From Glaucostegus cemiculus (lineage: Eukaryota): a stretch of 64,000 nt of DNA. The stretch covers positions 3,534,001 through 3,598,000 of the forward strand of contig CDPCPM010000275.1 in assembly GCA_976551045.1 (NCBI GenBank). The letters are read 5' to 3'. The notes beneath the pieces are model-generated. The model searched no databases, was not told the origin of the DNA, and saw only the letters and a program-made list of their open reading frames with translations. Shown here one piece after another: positions 25,301 through 38,965 of the stretch (the first letter of the stretch is position 1; each line of letters opens with the position of its first letter). The translations under genes were made by a program, and so were the position numbers.

Positions 25301-27569
25301 GTAGTTATTGTAAGTAATATTACTTGGGTAATATTTGGATTATAACTTTGTACAAAAATTACAACAATTCACAAAGAATTCAAAGGTTTGTCCTACAGAC
25401 ATGAGGAGTGGCTTACAGAAATATTCACTTGAATTGCTTTCTGTGTTCTTATGATATGAGTGAAATAACACTTTTAAACATGAGTAATTACTGAAAACTG
25501 TTTACAGCCTACAAAGTTATAATGCACAGTCCACTTAAACACTTACTCGTGAATGTTCGCAAAACTAAATTGATCAAGAAACTGTATCAGTTACTTATTT
25601 TACTTTTTTTTTGCCTTGCCCATCTGGATCTCAAACACCATCCCAAAAAGGGAATTGCCTTCAAGTAGTTACTTTCTAGAATTCATGCTGGGAGCACAAA
25701 GTCATATCCACAGTTAAATACTTCACAACACACAAAACAGCAGGATGTTGATACAACTGTGACTTCCACAGGAAGTTATTTGAATTGTAGCAGGCGTTCT
25801 TAAAAAAACCACCTACTTGGTAGAAAGTCTCCTGTGACAGTGTTTGGATCTTAGCAGACCTGTAAGACAACAGGCCTTGACCAGCTCTTTTCACACAAGC
25901 TTGCAAACATTGTAAAGATTAGAGGCAACCCAAATAAAGGCTTTGTTCACAGTGTAGATGAAATATATTGGAGCAAGGTGAGGCAATTCTTATGTGAAAG
26001 GATCTAGCAAATGGGCAGAAAGCAGTAAAATTCCTGTGAATAAGAATGTATCTAAGGATAGCAGTCATTTATTTGGCAGTAAAAACTTGAATCAAATAAA
26101 AAAAAGTGTGGTTGCTATGACATTGTTACATTTGTTTATTATGTTTGGAAGACATTTCCAAAGTGTACCAGTGTGATTTTGTTGATGAATTATAGTTGTA
26201 GTGTGCATGATTTCAAAATAGTAACAGAATTACTGCATTAATTCAAAGCAAAATATCTTCAATGAATTTTAAACTTGTTTTTGAAATGGCATTAGCTTTG
26301 TGAGATGTTGAAAGGTTTTAGATTTACACCCACTAAATGAATAGAGCTTGAATCCATTGTTTATACAAAATGGAGGAAAATAAATTCCTGTTTGTAAATA
26401 AATTGTTTAGGCTAATAATGTTCTGGGAAATGAAAGCTTTACTATTTTAAGAAGTTTGGAAAATTTAACCTGATGTGGAAGGTTCTAAGAAAGATGACAT
26501 TTTATTCCATTTTTAACATTCTTGAGAAACTAATTTGAACAGATTTTAGTAGTCTTTAAATTTATCCCATCCTTTGAATACAAATTGGGTTCTGCCATAC
26601 AATGTTACTGAGTTCAGTGCTATCACTTTCTTTTAAAGAGTCTGGATGCCATTCTTTGGGATTTGACTTTATACTGTTCATGTTTTCTTGTACAACAAAC
26701 CCTTATAATTTGAACTAGATTTTTGTCCCTTTTGTGCACAGCTTTGTGAAGTCTCTCTTAAAGGAGCAAGAGTAGATTATATAGCCACTTGTGCCTCTCT
26801 GCCATTTATTGACTGAGCAGATTGTTGGTCTCCATCTAGCTGTTTGATCCCCATGGGGTTTGGTTCCCATATGGAGCAAATATCTATCTCAGCATTAAAT
26901 ATACTTGAATAATTCAATAAACAGAACTAAATTGACACCAGGTCAGGAAAAAAAAACTTGGTTTGAATGACAATAAACTCGACTTTGACTTTCTACTTCT
27001 TTATCCTGCAGTAAGGTTAACATACAAAGTTATTGCTATGACCAGATTCAATCAATGTTGGTTAGCTCCATGTAAACACTACTACTACAATTCATTCTTG
27101 TACAAGATGCATTGTAGACCCAATATTTCTGTGTTTTGCTAAAATGTCTGGCTGGTAAATGGAAAATGAAGTTACAGGTGTTATTGTGTGCAGCTTATTG
27201 CTTCTTAGGCTGTCCCTCAGGATCAAGGATAATTCAGACTGTGGATTTTTAACTAAACTCTTCAAATCAAATATACATAGAGGTGGCACAATAAGTCTTC
27301 TTACTGAAATTGCTTCAGATCTTTAAATTTCTGATTTTATTCATTCTTTCTCATGGTGCAGCCATTGCTGGCAAGTTTTCATTTGTATCCCATTCTTACT
27401 TGCCTGTGAGATGACATTCGAATGATGAATAACGTCCCTTGGGGCTATTTTAGATAAGGATTTTGACTCAGTGACAATAAAGTTTGTGGGAAGTTGTGGA
27501 CATCATGAATCCTAGTCAGCACATTCCGCAACTATCTGCATTACATAGTCTCACAATCTCTTTATCATA

Positions 27570-27928
27570 ATGATTCCGAAGGAGGCCATTCGGCCTACCC
27601 GATCCATGTCTGCTCTCACAAAAGCAATCCCTGTAGTCCCTTTTCCCCTCTCGTTGTTATCCTGTAGCCTTGCAGCTATTTCTGTCCCTCACATGTCAAT
27701 CAATTACCCTTTGATTCTTTTTGTCATTGATCTTGTTTAAGTGGAAATCTACAGGAGCCACTTAGCCTACCAGTACATCCTTTGGATGTATAAGGTAACC
27801 GGACCACCTGCAAGAAAACCATGCAGTCGTGAGGAGAATGTGCACAGAAAACTGTTGAGATCAGGGTAGAACCCAAGTCTCTGCAGCTGCAAAGCAGCAG
27901 CAGTAACTACTGCAAAACCGTGCCAGCC
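27570..27928 (-). mobile_element. Old V-SINE (HE1-like)
   Basis: ctttggatgt...aaccggaccacctgcaagaaaaccatgcagtcgtgaggagaatgtgca is the reverse complement of the V-domain. CR1-like tail gaaggaggccattcggcc. Confidence 0.7.
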
Positions 27929-27987
27929 ATAATGTTTTCATCTTAGTATCTTCTCATCATCATTTCAAATGATTGGTAATTGTCACT

Positions 27988-28105
27988 TGGTTTAGTATTG
28001 TCACGTTTACTGAGATACAGTGAAAAGCTTTGTTTTACATGCCATTCAGACAGATCATTCCAAATGTAAGTACATTGAAGTAGTACAAAAGGAAAAATGA
28101 AGAAA
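27988..28105 (-). mobile_element. Short 3' tail of a Rex1/Babar-like LINE
   Basis: tattgtcacgtttactgagatacagtgaaaagctttgttttacatgccattcagacagatcattcca matches 58008-58075. Confidence 0.65.
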
Positions 28106-28212
28106 AACACAAATTAATAATCTTCTTTTCCATTACTCGTGCAACTACTCCCTGAGTTTCTGCACTACTTTAGTCATCCCCAGTGTTAAAATATAACAAA
28201 TTTTCTGGTTAT

Positions 28213-28430
28213 GAAGACACAAAAGACTGCAAACATTGTAATCTGTAGCAAAGAACCAACTGCTGGAGGAACTCAGTGGGTCAGGCAGCATCTGTGGAGG
28301 CAGAGGGATGGTCAACATTTCAGGTGTGCTACAGGGTCATGACCTGATACATCAACTATCCCTCTGCCTCCACAGATGCTGCCTGACCCACTGAGTTCCT
28401 TTAGCTGTTTATTTATTGCTCCAAATTTTC
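28213..28430. mobile_element. Palindromic foldback element, same family as 1763-1995
   Basis: Perfect 43-bp inverted repeat 28267-28309 / 28358-28400. Same left extension (gacacaaaagactgca...). Confidence 0.8.
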
Positions 28431-28569
28431 TAGTTATATTGTGGCAGTATTTACTCAAGCAGCTAGTACCTTGCAGATTCCTTTCACGTATTCCATCAGG
28501 CTGAATGTACAATAACCTGTCTTAATCATTAGTAAGAGTGGAACTGGCTGTCTCTTTACAACAGTATGT

Positions 28570-28920
28570 CAATTGCATGACCACCAAGGAAGATCTACAA
28601 TGAAGCAAAAGAGGGAAAGTATTCTTGGTGATGCCAAAACAAACACTTCAAGAACTCCCTCAAGTCCTTCTTGAAACATTTTAACATTGAGTTGGAGTCT
28701 TGGATGTTGCCCATGTTGTACGTGGCTACACTTCATCCATACTTGAGCAACTGTCAATGAACAGAAGGAAACTGCTAAGGCAGAGCAGGAGTACAAGCAG
28801 AGTGAATCTCACAATAGCAGTACAGTCATTATTAAAGCAATATCTTTTGCTCAGTGTGTCGCAGGTGGTTCAAAGCACACATAGGTCTGACCAGCCATTA
28901 ATGTGCACACACAGTCCAAA
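28570..28920 (+). mobile_element. RTE-clade LINE C-terminal fragment
   Basis: CQNKHFKNSLKSFLKHFNIELESW (~28633) and terminal C2H2-like FCSVCRRWFKAHIGLTSH*CAH (~28845), typical of RTE ORF ends. Confidence 0.7.
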
Positions 28921-29175
28921 TTTGCCACTGTTGTGTTTCCTTTAATCTCTCTTGGTCCTAGTGAGCTACAAATTTGCCGACCTGTTTGATTAGTAGACTA
29001 GCATAGGGATTTGTTTTTGATCATATGTGATGTCTTACCTGTGTGTGCAATGTTATAAAGTAATTAACGTGAGTGACTACCTATTTTAGTGTCTTGTAAC
29101 CTGACCCAGTAATCACATTCCTAAATTGTTTGGAACTGTCTCCAGAAATTTGGCCCTCAGCATTAAAGTCTTTTT

Positions 29176-30824
29176 ATAGAGTCATACAGTAATTCAGCAC
29201 AGATACAGACTCTTCAGCCCACCGAGTCCATGCCGACCTTGGTGCCCATCCAGTTAGTCCCAATTTCCTGCATTCGGCACGTATCCCTCCAAGCCCCACC
29301 CCTCCATGTACCTATCCAAGTGCTTCTTAACTGATACTTTTGTACCTGCCTCAGCCACTTCCTCTGGCAGCTCGTTCCATATACTCACCACCATCTGTGT
29401 GAAAAAGTTGCCCCTCAAGTCCCTTTTAAATCTTTCCCTTTTTACTCCACTACCCTGGGGAAAGGACTGTTACCATCCACCTTATCTTTGCCTCTCATAA
29501 TTTTAAACATTTCTCTGAGGTCACCCCTCATTCTCCTACCTTCCAAGGAATAAAGACTTAGCCTGGTCAACCTCTCCCTATAACTCAGGGCCTCTAGTCC
29601 TGGCAACATCCTATGCACTCTTTCCAGTTTAACCATGTTTTTCCTATAATGGGGACACAGTACTCCAAGTGCAACCTCACCAATGACTTATGCAACTGCA
29701 ACATAATGTCCCAACTCCTGTACTTAATGCCCTGACTGATGAAGGCCAGTGTGCTAAACACCTTTTTCACCACCCTATCTATCTGTGATGCCACTTTCAA
29801 CAAACTATGCACTTGTACTCCAAGATCCCTCTGTTCCATTACACTCCCTAGTGCCCTACCATTCGTAGTATAGGTCCTATGCTTGTTTGATTTGTCAAAA
29901 TGCATCTCCTCACAATTATCTGTATTGAAATCCATTTGCCACTCCTTGGCCCACCTTCCTGACTGATCAAGATCCCCCTGTAATCTACAACAACCTTCTT
30001 CACTATCAGCAACACCTCCTAATTTTGTGTCTTCTGCAAACTTACTGATCATGCCTTGTGCGTTCGTATCTAAATTATTTATAAAAATGACAAGGGTCCC
30101 AACACCAACTCCTGCGACACACTGCTAGTCACTAGCCTCCATTCTGAGAAACAACCTTCAACCACCACCCTCTGCTTCCTACCACCGAGCCAATTTTGAA
30201 TCCATCAAACTATCTCTCCCTAGATTTCATGGGACCTTACCTTCCAGACCAGCCTACCATGTGGGACTATGTCTAAGGCCTTGCTAAAGTCCGAATAGAC
30301 AACATCCACTACCCTACCCTCATGTACCTTTTTGGTTACCACTTCAAAAAAAAACTCTAAACAGTTTGTCAAATGTGACTTTCCGAGCACAAAGCAAAGC
30401 TGATTCCTCCTAATCAGACTCTGTCCATCCAAATGCTGGTAGATCCTGTCCCTCAGAATTCCCTCCAGTAACTTCCCCACTACTAATGTCAGTTTGACTG
30501 GCCTGTACTTCCCTGGCTTGTCCTTGCTACCCTTCTTAAACAATGGATTAACATTAGCCATCTTTCAGTCTTCAGGATCTTCACCAGTGGCTAATGATGA
30601 AGCAAATATTTCTGCAGGGGCCTTTGCAGTTTCTCCTCTAGCCTCCCACAAAGTCCACGGACACATTTGGTCAAGTCCTGGGGATTTATCCACCTTAATA
30701 TGCTGTAAGACTGCAAATACCTCCTCCCTGGTAATATGAATGTTCTCCAAAACATCACCACTTGTTTCCCTTCTCTCTTAAGCAACCATGATTTTCTCCT
30801 TAGTAAACACTGAGGAAAAATATT
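29176..30824 (-). mobile_element. 5'-truncated CR1 LINE (frameshifted RT)
   Basis: ORFs 30565-30750, 30220-30561, 29594-30052 and 29442-29636 give consecutive RT segments (DKSPGLD, YRPVKLT, SDFSKALD, KFAEDTKLGG). Confidence 0.95.
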
Positions 30825-33800
30825 GTCTGATCTCTATCTGATCTTCTTTTGCATTCCAACCATATCTGACAAGTGAGCTTTACAGTCATTTCTCTTTAAG
30901 TATTGTCCAGAATCTCATTTAGTTTCTTAACTTATGTAAGTTGCAATCATTAAGTCCTCAGCCTTGAAGATGATACACAAGGATAATCTGGTGCTATTGG
31001 CCTAATTAATATGATTAAACCCAGAAGGTTCTTCTCCATCAATTTTTCACCTATTGTGGTGGGTGGTTAACAATTTAACAGTTCAAATACGTCAATAAAC
31101 TATTAATATCAAGCACCACCTAAAAACATAGAATTAGATACCTTTTATAAAATGGTAAGGCCCCAAGAACATTGATATAATTTCCAGGACTTGCCAATGA
31201 TGCAGGCTTCTTTGGCTTTAAAAGAATGGATATATCAGGCAACCTTCATATAGTTATTTTGCTCAGCTGAAACAGAACATGCCATTCTAACTTTGAGCTT
31301 GTTCCTTTTTATCTTAGACTTTATCTTAAACTTGACCAAATATGTAATGTTTTTCAAACATATTTGGATAAACTATTTTTCTGATCCCTTGAAATACTTT
31401 TGACAGATACTAACTGATTTCTCCCTTCATAGGCGTAGTATATTGCACACTGAACAACTTGCACCCCAGGAGACCAAGTGTTGTATTGAAATCTGAGTGA
31501 GGGATGTGCATTTCTTGTTTTCTACATGGCATTGTGTGGCAAATAAATGTCTTGCTTTTTGTGGAAATAGGCCAATGCTTTCAGTTGGGTTCTTGAAGAA
31601 CAATGTTTCACCTTATGTTTATTTCACCACATAAACCTATTCTAAACTTCTTTAGAATTGTATCTGGATACTGCTTCTATGTATTGCCTCTAATCTTTCC
31701 ATGCATCATGTGGATGAAGTTCATGCACACAATGAGTGGCTGTCCCTATCTTCAACTAGGCAGCATAATGCATAGCCTACATTGCCTCTCTTAGGTAGGT
31801 AAAATGCAAGGATGTGACTCTTTCCACTTGAGGAGTAGTAAAATCTGCTTTTAAAAAAAAATCCAAAAACAATTTTTCTGTTAGCCTTCTCTGAAAACTC
31901 ATTCTTGAGTGGCTGTGTTTGCTACTTTTTTGGTAGTATTTCTTAAGCAATGTCCAAAAGCATGATACTTGACTTTTATTGCACAGTAGCATCTCTCTAC
32001 ACACAAAAAAATGAACACACATCAAAGTATTTTTTTCATGAATACAGTGATAAAGGCTATTTATTAGGTTGTTAGTTTAAATAGTGTTGTGTAAATGTTT
32101 AATTCTTTATTGTGATTTTCTTTTATTTAGTAATTCTCTCTAATTCTCTTCAAAATAAAAAAAATGGTTACCCGCTTATGTGAACATAGGGTTTCTCCTC
32201 AAATGACAGCAATTTGGTGAAAAAGTTGATACAAGTAGTGAGCAGTGGAATTTAGACTGACATACAACTTCATTCACAGCAGGGTTCCAACATACCATTT
32301 GGGAAGCCATGCTTCAAAATGGAGCAATTTTAGGTTTTACCTTTGGGAAATACTTTTCTGCAGTTTGTTCTTGCATATCTACATTTAAAACTCAACACGG
32401 TATTTTAATTGGTAATGTTTCCATGTGGTACCTCTGCTCCTGATAGAAATCTGCATGTATGGGATAAAAGCTGCAACGTCAAAATGGTTAGAGCAGTTTG
32501 AAATTAAATTCAGTGAGTTATTTATATAGAATTTAAACATATCTTGGGGCGTTTCCAGTAATTTTGGTTGGAATATGGTCATGTCAGAGTTTAACGGCAA
32601 ATAAAAATGAATAGGTTACAGGATCTCAAATTTCATTCCACCAATGACATGTTTTAGGCAATAGTATAATTTTGTTTGTTCTCTTTTTGCCCCTCCAAAT
32701 TTTCTATCCTCTAGGCAGTGATGTCCTGACAGTGTTTATTAATTATTTCCCACAAGTGACCACTTTGCTTACGTGAATGTAAGCAATGAATGCAAGCAAG
32801 CCGTCAGATTGTGAAAGCTTCAGTGATGGCAGTTGAATGAAATGATTTATTCCCTTGTGTCCTTTCACTTTCATTTCCTAGTAGTACTCACTTGATAGTG
32901 ATTAGGAGCAGAAACGTTGGTTGATGTTATTTCGGTTCTCAAACTGGAAAATCATGCACTACAATTGACCATCACCATTACAAGACAATTCAATTTTTTT
33001 TACTGTTGGAGAGATTGTTAAAATAATCCATTTTTTAAAAAAAGCCTATTATCTTCAGTGTACAGGATGACCTTGCAGTTGACTTGAAAGGCTATCAGTT
33101 GCAGTGGATAAGCTGCTAATAGAAAACTTAATTTCTTTTAATGGTCAGATGAGATAAAGGAATTGTCATTAGACAATGAAATATCTCTAAAATAATGGGA
33201 AGTTATGGAAACATTTTTTGATCTCTGATCTTTATTAGTGTTACATGGAATGAATTTATTCATGGTATTCTTACATCGTAGAATGTAAGAAAAATGAAAA
33301 TGCACATCGTAGAAAAATGAAAATGCACATCCATTAGTTTTGATAACTCTCTACCCTGGCCGATACAATGCTTATACTTATGTACACTATACATATGTAC
33401 AAATAGTTATTTATGTCAGAAACTTATTATGCAGTGAATGGACTCTATTTACACATTTCATCTCTAATATTCCTCCCTGTACTACATTCACAATTTTACC
33501 TTGATACAAGAGAATCAAGAATATATTGTCACAAAGCTGGCCATTTATCCTGGGAGTTAAATCCTGGGAATCAGATCATGATCTAAAACCTGAGCCAATC
33601 TCACTTATTTCTTCTGATCAATACCAAGGAAGTATGAATTTATACTCCAGAGAAAGTTGGCCACAATCAGAGAAAAAGGTAGAGTTGACAGTGAGAACTT
33701 TAATGCTATGTTGGTCAGCAAACTATTCTTGACACCATGTTTCAACAAACACATATGTATTAAGCCACATGTGCATTATTGGCTGTTTTTGTATGTCAGG

Positions 33801-34219
33801 GCAACTTTCAAGATGTTAAGATCAGCTTTGTAATAAGTAGAGCTAATCCTAGGTTTCACATCCTAGTGAGAGAGAGAGGGATATTCTTTGAATGAGCATT
33901 TGTCCAAAGCAAGTCTGCCACTGTTCATCACCCCATTTAGATGTCATAAGGTCCATGTCTTCAATTCACTATCTGGTAAACGTAAGTGAGCTCTTGGGGT
34001 GATGCATCTGAGCAACAAATACATGAAACTGAAAGCATATGGTATACTTTTGAGGAAATGCCTATGAAACACCTCTGCTGATATTTTGTTAGATATACAA
34101 ACTATCATCTGTTTGAAGGGAAAATTGGACTTCCTCTGTCTTTTATTGTCTTTACTGAAATAGGCAAAAACTGCACAGTAGAAAGGCTTGCTCTTATATA
34201 GTGATTATGGGGCTTGGAG

Positions 34220-34440
34220 TTGTCTCAAAGCATTTTATAGCTAATGAAAAACTTTTTCAAATGTTATTGTTGTAATGTGCTGTAGCCAAATTGCTGCATT
34301 GGGAATCTACATGTGCAATGTGATCATGATCAGATCTGTTTTAGTGTGGGTGACTGAGGATAAATATTGGCCAGGATACTGAGAATAACTCCCCTTCTGT
34401 TCTTAAGCACGATGCCAACTGGATATTTTACATTTTCCTG
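34220..34440 (-). mobile_element. DeuSINE (SacSINE1/AmnSINE1-like) Deu-domain
   Basis: caaagcattttatagctaatgaa...gttgtaatgt...gcaatgtgatcatgatcagatctgttttagtg...ggataaatattggccaggatac matches my recollection of the reverse-complemented Deu-domain. Confidence 0.65.
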
Positions 34441-35564
34441 AAACTGTTTATGACTATATACTGTTAGCAAAGCATATGAAGTGTTTGAGCTTCCTTTTTT
34501 TTAAATAAATTTCCCAGTTATATATCTTAGAATAACTTTCAAGATGTTAGACTCGGATATAAGGCCACCCAGTATCTGCTTCCAAGGGCTAAATGGCCTC
34601 CTAAGCTTGCAATATCTGGGTCAGAAATGTTATGCTCCTTATGTGCCAGAATGACTGAAGCAGTGACACATGACAAGAATAGAACAAAATTGATCCACAA
34701 GCCTTAGTGTTTCAAATTCAAATACCACAAGGGAGTAAAAAAAAAACAATTGGAAAAGTAATAATTTTTTGGTATATGTGTTGGCCCTGACCCTTTCTTT
34801 ACATTAGTATGAATGTTTCCATTAACATAGCAGACATGACAGAGGACAGGTGAAGTAAGGAATTTGCTGTGTTAAGATACGTGAGCCTGTAGCCTGCTTA
34901 AGAATAAGGGAAAGACTCTTTTCTGAAGTTACATGTCACTGCACCCAGATCACGTGTCTTGGGCACAAAGCCTGGAAGCTCATCATTTTGATTATTCATG
35001 ATGCATACAGTTCTATAGGTATTGCAACAGCCACATGTTCCGTTTTAGAAAAATTGGAGATGTTGACACAAAAAATCCATGAGAAATACAGTATTTCAAC
35101 AATGCACATAAATACAAGAAATCATTTAATTACAATGCAGATGTGTACTTTATACACTAGTTTTTGGAGCATTCACTCTGACCAAATCAACAGATATTGG
35201 TGCTTAACATTTTATCCACTCAATCAGTCCAACAATTACATTGCTTTCAGGTTTGGACTCCATACTCCCAGGTATTTATGTATTGCTAACTAACCATAAT
35301 GGATACATTCAATATGAATCAAAGAAAAGAATGATTCTAACATCTTGGTCAAGACAACTTGAGATAAATAATAACTTAATGGCTGGAATAACAGTGTAAC
35401 AGAGCTCCTGTTCTTAACAATAATAAGATATGGAATATAATTAAAACAAAGTATTTAGGACAACAAAATACAATGATTACACATGTACTTTTAAACATAG
35501 AACCTTGTTCTTTCATAAATGTGCCGTTAGATATAAAGTTATAAACTGGGAAGAATGCAAATTT

Positions 35565-35660
35565 TTTAAACACAAAATTTTGGAAATATCCAATAGTTCA
35601 GGCAGCATCTCTATAGTAGAGAAACAATATTAATATTTCAAGACAATGACCTTTCACCCG
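35565..35660. mobile_element. Half copy of the foldback element family
   Basis: ggaaatatccaatagttcaggcagcatctctatagtagagaaaca...gacctttca corresponds to the left arm only. Confidence 0.55.
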
Positions 35661-35939
35661 GGTGTGAATTTGCTGTATTTACTCATTAGGTCCCCAGTAA
35701 ACTCACTAGAAAGAGTTAGGCCTTGTATATTACTTCGACTGTGGAATTTGATTCCATCAGATCTTACCTAATGGAGATACAAAGAACATTTGGATGGTTG
35801 CTCAATTAAGGAAATTGAGGAATTGAATCTTTTTAAATAACGAGCTAATAGTCATTTTAATCAAATTGCTAAGCTGTAATGGAATATCAATGCCAAATGG
35901 AATACTAATATTTCCATGTTTTTCCATATTTTCAAATAT

Positions 35940-37241
35940 TGAGCTCAGTTGAGGCTCAAAGTGAGCAGCATTCCCTATCCGTAGTTACACTCTTGCTCTT
36001 AATGTATGTATACAATGCCTTGGAACTCTCTTTAATTCTACCTGCCAAGGACATTTCATGGACCTCCCGATTCTCCTGTTTAAGTTCTCTCCTGCTTCCT
36101 TTATATTCCTCAAAGTCCCTATCCAATTTCAACTTCCTAAATCTTAGGTTTGCTTTTTCTTTTTAATGAAATTTGCAACACTTCTAATCATCCAAGGTTC
36201 CTAAATCTTGCCATCCTTGTCTTTCTTCCTCACAGGAATGTGTCGGTCCTGAATTCTGACCAGCTGGCATTTAAGCAACTCCCACATGTCAGATGTGGAC
36301 TTGTCCAATAACAGCTGCTCCCAGTTTTCTCTCCCCAGCCCCTACCTAATACTGTTGTGATTAGATTAGCTTTTCCCCATTTTAGCACTTTGCTAGTACT
36401 ATCCTTATCCATAACCATCTGAAAATTTAGATTTATGATCACAGTTCCCAAAATGCTCTCCTGCTGAAAGTCCAATCACCCAGTCCCATCCCTGGTTGGA
36501 TTATCTACATTCTGTGCCAAGAAACCCTCCTAGATACATCAGACCACTTCTGCCCCTTCTGAGCCTCTGGCATTAAAGGAGTCCCAGTCAAAATTATGAA
36601 AGGTGTTGCATTTACATCTTTCAATAATCTGCCGACACATCTGTTCCTCTATCTTCCGCCTGTTATTGGGAGGCCTACAGTATAACCCCATCATACTGAT
36701 TGCACCTTTCTTATTGCTGAGCTGTACCTATATTGCCTCATTGGATGAAGGATGAGCCTTCTAGGATGTTCTCTCTAAGTGTCACTGTGACATTCTCCCT
36801 GATCTGTAGTGCAACTCCCTCACTTCTATTAAATCTGGATTGCATCTGAATCCTAGAATGTTGAGCTTCAAGCCTTGCCTTTCTCTCAACCAAGTCTCTG
36901 TAATGGCTACAACATCGTAGTCCCATGTACTAATTCAGGCCCTAAGTTCACCTGCCTTACCTGTAATACTCCTTGCATTGAAGTAAGTACAGTTCAGCCC
37001 ATCAGCCCCACTGTGCTCATTAACCTGGCCCTGCCTATCCTTCTTTTCAGCCATACTTGAGCTAGCCTCTAACTTCTCTTCAATCCCTCCACTTACTTAC
37101 CTTCTGCTCTAGTTCCCATCCCCCTTCCATGGTAGTTTAAACCCTCCTGGGTAGCACTAGGAAACTTCCCTGCGTGGATATTGGTTCCCCTCCAGTTTAG
37201 GTGCAACTTGCCCTTCTTGTACAGGTCTCACTTGCCCTGGA
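35940..37241 (-). mobile_element. CR1 LINE (ORF1 end and ORF2 endonuclease), left part; interrupted by Rex1
   Basis: Homologous to 57430-57993. Minus-strand ORFs give decayed EN and linker segments (VAL.IRENVT, KVLKWGKAN). Confidence 0.85.
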
Positions 37242-38746
37242 TGAATAGCCACAGTATCCAGCGACCCTCTGATCTCTACCTCAGAGGCTGATGTCACAAC
37301 ATCCTTCAAGAGGGTGAACCCTCGCAAGGCATTGGGTGCCAATGGTGTATTGAAAACCTGTACCAACCAACTGGCTGGAGTGTTCAAGAATATCTTCAAC
37401 CTCTCACTGCTGTGGCCTGAGGTTCCCACCTGCTTCAAAAGGGCAGCAAACATACTGGTGCCCAGGAAGAGCAGAGTGAGCTGCCTCAGCAACTATCACC
37501 TGGTAGCACTCACACCTACTGTGATGAAGTGCTTTGAGAGGTTGATTATGGCTAGAATTAACTCCTGGCTGAGCAAGGACCTGGAACCTCTGCAGTTTGC
37601 CTACCACCACAACATGTCTACAGTGGACGCAATCTCACTTGCTCTGCACTCTGCTTTGGAGCACCTAGACAACAGCAAAGCATATGTCAGGCTGCTGTTT
37701 ATCGATTACAGCTTGGCATTCAACACCATCATCCCGTCAGTATTAATCAGCAAGCTACAAAACCTGGGCCTCTGTACCTCCCTCTGTAGCTGGATCCTAG
37801 ACTTCCTTATAGGGAGATCACAGTCAGTGCAGATTGGTAACAGCATCTCCTCCTCATTGCCGATCAACACAGACACACCTCAAGTACTCTCTCTACATCA
37901 TGACTTTGTGACTAAGCACAGCTGAAATGCTATCCGTAAATTTGCTGATGACACCATTGTTGTTGGCAGAATCTCAGATGATGACAAGGAGGCATACAGG
38001 AGTAAGATAGGTTGGCTGGTTGAGTGGTGCCGCAACAGTAACCTCGCACTCAACATCATAAAGACCAAGGAATTGGTTGTGGACTTAAGGAAGGGGAAGT
38101 CGGGAGAACACACACCAGTCTTCATTGAGGGGTCAGCGGTGGAAACGGTGAGCAGCTTCAAGTTCATCATCTCAGAGGATCTATCCTGGGCCCAACACAT
38201 TGATGCAATCACAAAGAAGGCATGCCAATGGCTCAACTTTGTTAGGAGTTTGAGGAGATTTGGTATGTTACCAAAGACTCTTGCAAATTTCTACAGCCGT
38301 ATGGTGGAGAACATTCTGACTGGTTGCCTCACAGCGGAGGCTTCAATACACAGGATCACAAAAGGCTGCAGGGGGTTGTAAACTCAGCCAGCTCCATCAC
38401 GGTCATAAGTCTCCCTGCAATTGAGGACATCTTCAAGAGGTGATGCCACAAGATGGCAGCATCCATCGTGAAGGACCCTCACTGTCAGGGGCACGCCTTT
38501 TTCTCGTTACTCCCATTGAGGAGGAGGTACAGGAGCCTGAAAATCCACACTCAATGATTTAGGAACAGTTTCTTCCCCTCCATCATCAGAATTCCAAATG
38601 GTCCATGGACACTGCTTAGTTATTCCTTTTTTGCACTATTTATTTATTTTGTAATTTATAGCAATTTTATGTCTTTGCACCATACTGCTGCTGCAAAACA
38701 ACAAATTTCACAACATGTATGTCAGTGATAATAAACCTGATTCTGA
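37242..38746 (+). mobile_element. Rex1/Babar LINE, 5'-truncated, nested in CR1
   Basis: ORF 37314-37925 LKTCTNQLAGVFKNIFNLSL...VALTPTVMKCFERL...LLFIDYSLAFNTI, then KFADDT and KTKELVVD. 3' end ataaacctgattctga. Confidence 0.93.
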
Positions 38747-38962
38747 AGAGAGCCCAATAATCCATGTAACTGAAGCCCTCCCTCCTGCACCAACAAGTTA
38801 GCCATGCATTTAGCTGTATCATCCTGCTATTGCCTTGCCACGTTAGTACATGGCACAGGGAGAAATCCTGAGATTACAACTCTGGAGGTCCTGTTTTTTT
38901 TAACTTTGTGCCTAATCCCAAAATTCCCTTGGCAGGACCTTATCTCCCTTCCTGCCTATGTC
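38747..38962 (-). mobile_element. Continuation of the interrupted CR1 (ORF1 region)
   Basis: Removing the Rex1 rejoins ...cttgccctgga|agagagcccaat..., a contiguous CR1 ORF1-type sequence. Confidence 0.8.
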
Positions 38963-38965
38963 CTT

